A stretch of 64,000 nucleotides of DNA, taken from assembly GCA_905178155.1 (NCBI GenBank), contig CAJINV010000013.1, positions 1,740,281 through 1,804,280 of the forward strand, given 5' to 3'. The notes below the pieces were generated by a model. It ran no database searches, was not told where the DNA came from, and was given only the letters and a program-made list of their open reading frames with translations. The position numbers and the translations under genes are program-made. Positions 35,642 through 45,589 of this stretch are shown here, one piece after another (position 1 is the first letter of the stretch; each line of letters starts with the position of its first letter). Source of the stretch: Amoebophrya sp. A120. Taxonomy: Eukaryota > Protista > Dinoflagellata.

Positions 35642-38546
35642 AACGGAGTAATTTTTTTCGCTGGATATTCTCCGTCGATCTGCATCTATGATGTTCCCCA
35701 TGATGAAAACAGACAGTCGGCGAAGGTGGCGGACAAAATGTTACCAGTCAAATTAAAACGATTGTACCGATTGCGGTCCACTTCTAGCGGCATGCACAGC
35801 GTGAAATTTTCCGATTTTTTTGGGGCAGTGGTGGAAAAGTGCGATAGCGATGACATAATCCGTCTTGTGGGGGAATTTCGCGAAGATTTAGAAGCCGAGC
35901 TGAACACATCCGACGACGCGGATGATTTTCCGCAAAAAGTGAAAGAGCGGTGCAAGCAGATCCGTAGCGAGCTGGGGAATTTCGCCGCGAAGGAGCGGTT
36001 CTGCCAGCAAGATTATACTTGCTATTTCGCAAAACGGGGGTGGACGACGTTGCGGTTCGCTTTTCGTGCTTTCTTGTACATCGAGAATCCGCGGCGATCC
36101 AGCTTGGAAAACGAAATTTTCGTGTCCGCGCCAAAAGACGGTCGACCGGCGCTGATATTGTGGAAGGACTTGAGTCTTGACCTGACGCTGGCGAAGGCGA
36201 TGGGTGATAATCTTCCTTTCAAGGCCAAACGACAGCCGGCGGATGAGAAAGAAGAAAGTACTTTTTGCGTATTTGTTTACAATGTGCATGACAAATTACA
36301 TCTACGTACAAATCAGATGCATTATCGCGCTCACAATGTGCATGACAAACAGATATTACGCATTACAAACAGGTGTTTTGAAAGACGAGGACCCGGGTTC
36401 TTCTTCTGACGATGACGACGAGAACCGGCACGATAAAGCATTGCTGAAATCGGAAAACAAGAAAGCAAAAAAGACGTGGGATTTTGCGAAAGATACCGTT
36501 GAGGTGGCCGACATGGTCGAGACAGATGAAAACTGGGCCCTTGCGGACTGGGTGAAAGAATTGGACGAAAAGAAGCGAAAACGCAAACAGGACGAGTTGA
36601 AGAACTTGATGGAGGAGCAGCTTATCCAGCTTGGACCCGCAGACAACCCAAACGCCATCATCTCAATCCACACGACCCTAGCAGATGAGTCAATCCGCAT
36701 GAGCGCCCTCATCGTGGAACTGGCGAAGCGGAGCAGTTTGTTCTACCACGGTGCGACGATCGCAATCGGGTGGGTCAACTTGAACGCCCACGGTGCGTTC
36801 TACTCCCAATCGCCATCGATGTTGGCGGATACTGCAGCCTGGTTCAGTGCTTTTCTTGAGGTGGATTTGCAGCGCTCTCTCCGTCTCAACGACGAGGAAC
36901 AATTCGGGGACATCTTCGGAGCCACTTTCTACTGGGTATTTTTTGTTTGCGGTTCTGCATGACCAAAAGGATAGTTTTTTGCATTCCAAAAATATATCCG
37001 CGTGCTGCTGCCTTCCAAAACTTTTATTTTTTTGCTCGTGCACAAAAGATTAAACGGCGCTTGCAAATTAAACTTGTTTGCATGTTTGAGTTGCAGCTTT
37101 TTCATATACCAAAATAATCAGGTCATGCGGAAGGCGATCAAAACGCAACAGTTGCGTTTATCGCAAGAAAAACGGATGCTGATGTACGGCCAGAAACCGG
37201 GGCTCAGCCTCTCGCTTGGCGATTTTCTTACCCTGCCGGAAGGTTTGCAAGGATGGAAAAGCTCGGTGGCCGAGTTGCTCCGAGACCGCCAGTTCTACTT
37301 GAAAACCGAAAACAAGTCCTTCGTTCCGTTTCTGACCGACACCCCGTGCAAATTTCTGCGTCCCGCGGACAAGAAAGCACACTGCAATGAGTTCACTTCA
37401 CCGCACAAAATTCCCTGCTACACGCATTTCCGGGAGAGGACCGTACTGGACAGCTACGAGTTCGAGTCGCAGTTGCTGGCCAAAATTCTGGAGGTGAAAT
37501 CGTTGAAGAAGAACCCGATCGCGTCGAAGTTGATCAACTGCCTCGGAAAGCAGGAAAACAGCTTTTTGATCCGGACCTGGATGAAGATCTACGAAACGAA
37601 GGGTGAACAGGACGCGCAGAACTTCCTGGAGCTTTTTCCCCCGGCATTAATTCCGAGCACGCGCGACATTGAGGCCTACGGGGGAATATTGTCCAAAACA
37701 AGCCGCAAGAACAACAACGCGGGGATTATGCAAAAGGTATAGACTATTTTGCTGCGATGGCTGTAAAGTTTCTACTTCGTATGCTTGCATCCGACTTTCA
37801 AAATAGCAGTGCTGCATAACAAGTTTCAAACATTACAGACATCGCAGTGGGCCCTGCAGGAAGCAGCAATTTCGACTTGGGTGCCGCCGTTTCGCGCATA
37901 CGATGCGCAGTCGGATTTGCTTACACGGAAAGGCTGCATGGACTCCAACAGCGTCCTGGACGGACGGCAGCTGCTGGAAAATGAGAACGACATCGACTAC
38001 GACGCGGTTTTGGATATGTGTTTTCCGGACGGCGGAAGGTTTGAAGATATGGCTACGCTGAGAGCGCCAAGCGACATCATGCGGACTTTGAACCGTTTGA
38101 AAATTGGGGAAAAAACGTGGAACAACGACCCGAAACCGGAAATCCAGAAGCAATTGAAGCTGACTACGAATTACCCGAAACTAGAAGACGTGATGAGTGA
38201 ACTGAAACAATTTATGAACCTCGACCACGCGAAGCACGGTTTAACACCAGAAGAAATCCAGGAATTTTTGAAGTGGAAAACCAGCACGCCGTCGCTGCAC
38301 GAAAGGCGGATTGCCGAAGCAGTGATCGATGAAAATCACACAGACATAATGCAAGGCACCCCCGGGTTCCAGGAATCTTGTAAGCGGGGCCGGTTGCAAT
38401 GCTTGCACTTGTTTTTCGTGTTGCGCCAGTACACCGAGATGAAGAAGCCCCTGATCATCGAGGTGCACCTCTACGGAAAGCGTTCGCGGATCATGCAGGT
38501 TCTAGCCGTGAGTCTCAAGCTGCAGGTGGTGATCGGGATTGTTTGA
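35642..38546 (+). CDS. Cargo gene E, large multi-exon hypothetical protein (~830 aa)
   Basis: ORFs 35726, 36204, 37002 and 37785 join via phase-compatible GT-AG introns 36258-36372, 36936-37121 and 37737-37838. Possible 5' exon near 35499 and 3' exon at ~38800-38937. Confidence 0.72.
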
Positions 38547-39742
38547 GGCCGGCGGATCTGATGAGGAGAATCGTCCGGATTTCCTCGGGATTTCTTAAGA
38601 TTCCCGAAAAATTTTCAAGCTTGGGCACTCCTTGGGCCCTTTTAGGCTGTCCGATTTTGACGCGTCAGGCCTTTGGGGGCGGATTTGGGTCCTTTTGGTA
38701 GTCGTCCGGCCATTTTAGGCCGTTGGTGGGTGTTTGGGGTCCTTTTGGGCTGTCGCTGGGGGCTGTTTCTATTGCGAAACTGTTACGAAACTGTTAGACC
38801 GCGCAGGACTGTTGCCCAAGGGCAAGAAGAAGAGCGACAAGCTGCAGCCACAGGCCCCACTGGGCGACACGCTTTTCGAGGAGCCCGCAGCGGCGGCCGC
38901 CGCAAATGTAGCGCAGGTGGCTGCTGCTGCTGCGTGAGGACGTACCTGAAGACGGCGCTGAAGATGTGGCCTCGCTTTTCGCTTTTGCGTTTAGAACGGA
39001 AAAAAAAAAGACCTTCCGTCTTGGTCGCGGGATATCTTTTGGATAGCTTTTGTCTGGTCCTGAGATTTCCCAGGATTTCTCCTGGGATTTCTTAGGATTT
39101 CTCAGGATTTCTCTTAGGATTTCAATTACTAAGTGGCGGAAGCTCTCCGCCAGATATCTTTTTTTTGTGCGATGGTGGCTACTCCGGAGCACTCAAGGAG
39201 AGACGCCCGGGAGGTCAGAAGTGGCGCCATTTTGACTTGTCAAAAGTGATGCCTTTTGCTTCACGGAATGCATCCGAGTGATGGGATTTTGCATTTTAGT
39301 GATGGGATAGGATTTGCGTTTTTGCATTTTGGTGATGAGATAGGGTCTGCATTTGAGTACTTTTTGCATTATTTAAAGTGGCGGAGTGTGATGGACCGAA
39401 TTTGCATGATCACGCGCGAGAAAGTGCGACGCCTCTCGGGGAGATTGTTTTTTGCGTTTTGAATTTGCACGCGGGCACCCCTTGCGGTGTTGGAGCGGTT
39501 CTGATATCGTAAAACGCGCGCGCAATCACGAAAATTGTGGCGACGCATCTAGCTAGCTAGCCGTCGCCATGTCATTTTATCGGTTCGGCATATGTGTTGA
39601 TCGGGGGCGGTGCGGCGTGATTTGTTTTGTTACTTGAGAGAAAATTGGAACTCGGAAAATTGAAAGAAATCTCAAGAAATCCGGGACGCGGGGGCCATCA
39701 GAGCCCGCCCGTCTCAAGATTGTGTTGAATGAAGACAAAGCA

Positions 39743-42381
39743 ATGCTTTACGAGAAGGACTTGCTCAGCAAGGGGGAAAAATTCAATGCTGGCGAGGACA
39801 TGGTAGGAGATGAGCCCGCAACCGGTCTCCAGCCCTCTCACCACCACCAGTTCGAGCGGTCCTGTCGCGTTATCAGTGGCGAGGGCGTCGGAAAGTGGCG
39901 AAGTGCTTTACTCTACCAAGTGCACAAGTTTTATTTTTCTTTGCTAACAAGAACGACATTTGTGAATTTGTAATGCGAAGTTGTTATGCATCATGGCGTA
40001 TTTTTCCTATTTCAAATAGCGGCGAGGTTTTCTAATTTTCTAATGCAGCTGGCACATGTTTGTTTTCTATTTATCAGCGCTGTACCTGTTCCCAATATTT
40101 TCACAACAAAAAATCACCAGACTTCTCTCGTGCGTTTAAATCGACCTACGACGGCGATGTCGCGGAGCGGTTCAGGGACTGGAATCAGGCGCGTCACAGT
40201 GTGGAGCTGTGCTATCCCAGGAGCCACCACTGCTACACCATTCCGTTTCCGACAAATTTGAACCACCGGTGCTCGCGGTTGAAGGCGTTATTCATTACAT
40301 CTTCCAGGATCGACATGCTCACCAACAAGTACATCCAGGAGCTGCGAATTATCCGCGACGCCAGGTACAAAGTTTTCAACAGACAGCGGGTGCGGATCAG
40401 TTTCTTCTTTGACGCAGAACAATTCCGACCACTCGAAGCGGCAATACAGGCAGGATTTGGCATCATTTCGAACCCCACCGGAGCCAACAGCAACAAATTA
40501 GCCGATCTGAAGTCGACCTGTGAGTACCTTTTGATGGACGAAGCGAAGCGATTTTTCAACTTCAATCCCGACATGGACGGGAAGCAGTGCTTTGAACCCT
40601 GGGAATTTTGGCGGCTTTTGGACTACAGCAGTTGCGTCGAGCGCGACCAGCTCCTGCAGGATGTGCTCGAAGAGCGCGCCCGACCCTTCCGCACGGAAGT
40701 GGATCCGCAGCAAGACGTCGACCCGAGCCTCCAGGCGGAGAATGAAAAGGACCAGAGTCAACCCCTTGACGACTACCGTGTTGATGTGAAATTTCGGCAC
40801 ATGATCCGCAAGCCAGCCACAGCGTCCGACTCGGAGAAGAAGAGGCTGCTCGAAGGGATTTTTTTTGATGCCCCGGAAGGCATCACCGAGCAGCAAATTC
40901 AAAACCAACAGCAACCGATTTACGCCGTGGACTACCACAAAGACAAATCGCGAAAGCCGGAGAAAAACTGGGGGCCGGACCAGCTGCTGGTGTTCTTCCG
41001 CAGGGCGCTAAAAGATATCGATCAAGTGGAACACATCCGGGACATCTTCTTTTGCTTGTGCTACGGAGAATACGAAGGAGAGAGGATTCTGACAAAACAG
41101 GGAGTTTTCAAAAACGACGTGCATAAAGCGGGCCCAGTTAGCACTATGGCGCTGTCGTGCAAAATGTTTGCGAAAAAGGTGTGCGACCTGATGGGAATAG
41201 CAAACAAGCAGTCCGTTTCTCGCGATGTTCAGCATCACGCGCAGCTAAAGATCGAACAGGAAATTTTGAAAAAGGCAAAGGAACCGCTGCAACCGGAACC
41301 CGCTGCCGATCCGGATGAGATGCAGGTCAACGCAAAAAAGATTCTCGAGGCATCTATCGGACTATTTGGGGTGGCGGGGAAATCAGTAGTTGCCGATCTG
41401 GTATTGCTATAGTTTTTCTGTATTACAGCTTGTCACCTATGCGTCGTTTTCTTTTTGTGCTGTGCAAATGAGTGTTTGGAATATTGGAGCATGACAAATT
41501 CTAAACTACACTATGAAGGTTGACACCACCGCGCAGCCCGTGCCACCGGTCGCGGAAGCCGAAGGTCCAAACTACGGAGTGTAAATCTGGCCACGGGTTG
41601 AACTTGTCTTGCTTTGTATTATTTGTGATGCTGAAAAAGATAACTTTGTAATGCAAAAAGTACACTCTTCAACATTTTCAAAAACAACCCGTGGCTGCTG
41701 TTTAGCATGGATACGACGGACACTATTAAAAAGGAACCGAAGTCGGTGGGACGTGAAAAATATGAGGAGCAGCTGAAACAACTACGACTCAAGTACGCGT
41801 CGGGGAAATTCAAAGCGCAGGTCGACCACAGCAGCGAGATTTTTCATAAGGAGTTGGATCTAGTGAAGCTCCACCAAAAATACAAGGACGCCGAATACTC
41901 GGGGGTTTGCGACGGCTGCGGGGAGGAGATTTTGGTGTACAAAAAAACCTTTCTTTCCGGCGGTGGCCCGTGCCTCTCCTTCAAAGAAGCCCACAAAAAC
42001 AACTGGCGGGCCGTGCAGTTGGGACCACAGTCTCACCGTATTAAGCCCGGATTTGACGAAAAACCGATGTGCTACTGTGGCTTTTGGAGATTTGGGCACA
42101 TTTACGAAGGGGAGTCGATGACCTGTGTGGAAATCTCCGACGACCAATTGTTCAACTGCGCGACTTTAACGGCCAAAGCGCGGCGCCGCGAAGACGTGAA
42201 TTCCAAGTGTAATTGTGATGGTGATTTGAAGGTTGTTGAGAAAGACCTACCGAGGTTGCAGCAGAAGTTTACGTACACGAAAGTAAAAAAAGACGACTGG
42301 CAACTAGCTGAAGATGACAGCACTTTCTTTGATGCTCCCCTGCCCTCGACCAAGGAACTGGACAAAAATGTTTTCAAGTAG
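39743..42381 (+). CDS. Cargo gene F, ~745-aa hypothetical protein with Cys-rich C-terminus (exons 39743-39919, 40078-41400, 41519-41580, 41706-42381)
   Basis: All three GT-AG introns are phase-compatible. C-terminal CDGC...CYC...H...CNC suggests zinc binding. Confidence 0.75.
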
Positions 42382-43099
42382 AGCACGACTGTAGTAAGTA
42401 TAAAAAGTGTAGCTGATCATACAACTTTTGATAGTTTTCATTGTGGTAAAACCCCTCGCATAGAGGCCGCGTTTGTATCTTCGTTTTTCACTATAAATGT
42501 TTTCTTCTCGTCGCTTTGACTTCTACCACCATCGGGGATTTCTGGTTGCGAGTCCTTCTCTATTTGTTTCAAGGAGCAAATCAATAAGTGCAGCACCAGA
42601 TCAGTAGCAAAAAGCGTAAAAAGTACAATGTAAAAACTCACCAACGTAGCCGGGTTCAAAAATATAAATGCCTCCGATTGAGACAGGTCCTGCATCAGTA
42701 GCATGGCCAAAAGAGCATCACCCGCGCGCTACAATTTTCAGGGTCTATTGCGGCAGAAGTGTCTGGATCTTTAGCTGGTTCAAATTTCAAAGCAGCGACG
42801 CAATTACAAAAAAGGTCTTCGATTTCTAATATATAGTGTAGGGGGGCGCATCCTACTAAAAAGACACGCTTAAGTATGTGCGCGTATGGCGTATTGGTTC
42901 TGTAAACGATCAAAGAAAAAAGATCAACGATCTAATTCACGTGAAAAAACAAACCGATAATATCAGTGTGGATCTACATCGAACGTTCCACAATGCGACT
43001 AAAAACCACAAACGCGCTGCGATCTGATTTCAATAAAATAAAATCGGTTATCGTGGTGCTGATTCGGTTTTTCGTCGTGACGGTGCAGCAAAATTTCGC

Positions 43100-43147
43100 G
43101 CATATGAAATTTTTAAGATTGAGAAAGGAATTGCATTTTTTATACCT
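43100..43147 (-). repeat. Right terminal inverted repeat
   Basis: Reverse complement reads AGGTATAAAAAATGCAATTCC-tttctcaat-CTTAAAAATTTCATATGC; TTAA follows at 43148-43151. Confidence 0.82.
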
Positions 43148-43230
43148 TTAACGTTTTAAGGAGAAACTTACTTCGTATCTGATTTGGCTCAGAATCAATC
43201 TCGTTTGAAAGAAATTCATACTCGTCGCAG

Positions 43231-43437
43231 CCGGGGAGGATTTGCTTCACTTTGCTGATCCTGATAATATCGGGCGTAATGCTGACCAAATCTTACAAGG
43301 CTGGGGTGTACCGAAGAAAGTTGAGTCAAACGGGAATTTTCGACGCGAACGTGATGCTGCTAGACAAGAAACGGGACGGTGCGGAAACGGCAAGTAGCTC
43401 GGACGAGGAGGAGGTAAAGGTGAAGGTAAAAAAATAG
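43231..43437 (+). CDS. DoxX-family paralog 2, terminal exon
   Basis: After the CGCAG acceptor: PGRICFTLLILIISGVMLTKSYKAGVY...EEEVKVKVKK*, similar to the last TM helix and YK--Y tail of paralog 1. Confidence 0.7.
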   Translation, partial: PGRICFTLLILIISGVMLTKSYKAGVYRRKLSQTGIFDANVMLLDKKRDGAETASSSDEEEVKVKVKK

Positions 43438-45589
43438 TAGGAACGGCGCATGTAATAAGATCATCATGCGAGTGTTTTAGTTTTTTGTCCCGTAAAGCAT
43501 CACACTCAGATTGCAGTACCTTCACTTCGGAACTAGCGAAAGCGTCCCACAGCTTTAAACTTTCGACGGTTTTTTTCCTAGAATGTATGGTATTTTAGAA
43601 AGAGAAAGACTGTGCACCTCGGTTCTTTGAACCGAGAAGCAAACGCCAAATGTGATGTGTAGCAGTAGCTCTCTTTGATTTTGGTTCTTTCTCTTCGTTT
43701 CAGTGTCTAGTGTCTGTGAAGCGGCATGCGTCGTGTCACATATTGGAAGCATGCATTGTAATATTTATCTCATTGCAGAATTTTTTAGAAAGCGCAAGCG
43801 GTAGTAAATCACGCCACTACCGCGTCTGATATAGCCTATCGTTATGATGATATCGTAATGAAGAACAAGAAGATGAAGCACTACTACGCATTAATTCATC
43901 GCAGACATTGATTGCTAGAATTGGGGAATAGGAACTTCATCAGCGTTAAAACCGTATCGTTTTAATCGTTACGTGAAAAACGAAGAAACGCACGAAAGCT
44001 ATGACCACGCATCTCGTACAACACCGCGTGATAGAACTAAGATTCGTAGCGTGCAAGAAAACCGTTTCGTAGCGTGCAACGTATCGTCCACAACCGCAAT
44101 GAAAATGCCAAGAGTATTAGATGTGAAAACCAGTGGTCAAGCAGCTAGAGTAGAATTTTACTTAGTCCAAGGCGCAGTTGCTGTCCGGTCGTCAGTCCGT
44201 ATTTTTTCGTATGCATTCAGACAGTACGACGATGACCGGAGCTTAGCTCTAGTATTTTTTCGTCACTAGTACAGCACTGCAGCCTCTACCTCTAGCTTAC
44301 TGGTGCGCGTGGTTTTAGCTGCTAGACCGATGTTGATTCTTCAAAAGTGTGTTCGCAGAACGAGAAAAGAAAGAAGAACGCAATAAGCTGTAGCCACGAA
44401 CAACATCCATAGTAACCAGTTTCAGAATTGTGCATTTTAGCATGGGGAAAAGTTGTAAACTAGGTGACGAGATGAGTACAAAGTTCTCGACGAGCATGAT
44501 TACCTGAGGAGAGATAAAAGTGGTTCGGTATCATTTTTTCATGCCCTTCCATAGACTTTTCAATGCTAGAGAAGCCACACCAGCCAGATTGCCACAAAGT
44601 AGAGTAGAAAGTAGAAGGTTTTTACGTAAACACATGACCGGCAAGAGAAGTAATACAGCACGAGTTTCCGACAACAGAGCTATTGCTTGTGAAAGTGCCA
44701 TTTGTTTTTTCGTTCATCTGAGACGACGTACACAGCACGAGAAGCTCGTACACAAAAGAGAAAGATCGTTCCGCCCATTTTAGTTCCGAACGTGAGAAGT
44801 GAACTGGAAAACCAATCATCTTTGTGTCATCCAATCAAAAAACCAAAACCCATCGTGTGAATGACCCGCTTCCCACCCGCTTTCCCTCGTCTTACCCGTT
44901 GCCCCATTGTGTTTTGCATTTTGACAAAAATTTCCTGACCAAAAAAACGATAGGCTTTTTTTCTCTACTATGAAATAAGATATGTAAGAACGTGACAAAC
45001 TAGCACTCAATTTTTAAGTATTTCTTCTTTTTCCTTAATCAGAATTACTATTACAAAACTTCGCAAAAACTCTTTTGATATTCATCTTTGCAATCTTTTA
45101 CTTTATTCGATTTATCATTTCTTACCAATACTAGATTTTTATACTTCATTCATTCAACTTTATCAATTATTACCTAAGATTTGGTCACTTCAATACCTAT
45201 TATTTGACTTTGTGAATTTTACTACTATAGCATTATTACCTTTGTTATTATCCTATTTATTTCAAAACATCAACTTATTAAGTTATTGATTTCTATTGCA
45301 CGCCTTTTTCTTTACTGTAGCTAAGCTTGACATTCTTTGGCTATTCGAGTTTTTTTCTTCTGTGGTTTTCTGCGGAGGGGGAAAATTTTGGATATCAGGT
45401 GTTAAGTTTTCTACATTTCTTTCTTTACCAGTTTTACGAAAATTTATTCTCTTTTAGAATTTATTTCCTTTCCCACAAGATGTTGTCAGTTCACTCTTTC
45501 TTCTCGCAAAACAACGGTGACCACATCCACAAGTGCGGCAAGGAATCTTCTGCTGATGCGGTGAGCGGTGCGTCGCAGAACGAGAAATT

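Larger units (their letters stand above)
24546..43147. mobile_element. 18.6-kb gene-carrying DNA transposon with TTAA target-site duplication and Kolobok-like termini
   Basis: TTAA at 24542-24545 and 43148-43151. Ungapped 48-bp imperfect TIRs (37/48 identical). Termini GG...CT fit the RR...YY pattern. Confidence 0.8.
23259..43230 (+). other. Giant ~20-kb GT-AG intron of DoxX paralog 2, hosting the TTAA element
   Basis: GT at 23259 and CGCAG ending at 43230, both phase 0. The joined product SFNAFLLP-PGRICFTLLILIISGVMLTKSYKAGVY aligns with paralog 1 SYEAFSFWRVLVGIVLLAADGYMWYDAKYKSKAY. Confidence 0.7.

Noticed and set aside
38620-38760. Telomere-like TTT(A/G)GG units
   Set aside because: Too degenerate and not contiguous; not a telomeric array.
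24546-43147. Polinton/Maverick or piggyBac identity for the large element
   Set aside because: The size fits a Polinton, but I see no protein-primed polymerase, integrase, capsid or protease motifs, the TIRs are short and the TSD is 4-bp TTAA. The termini are not piggyBac-type CCC...GGG.
43181-43193. ATTTGGCTCAG resembling a relic dinoflagellate spliced leader
   Set aside because: Short, imperfect and lacks the CCGTAGCC part.
23311-43196. TCAGAATC at 23311-23318 and 43189-43196 as an 8-bp TSD of an outer insertion, leaving a 94-bp ancestral intron
   Set aside because: No convincing TIR lies inside it, and an 8-mer match between two ~100-bp windows is easily chance.
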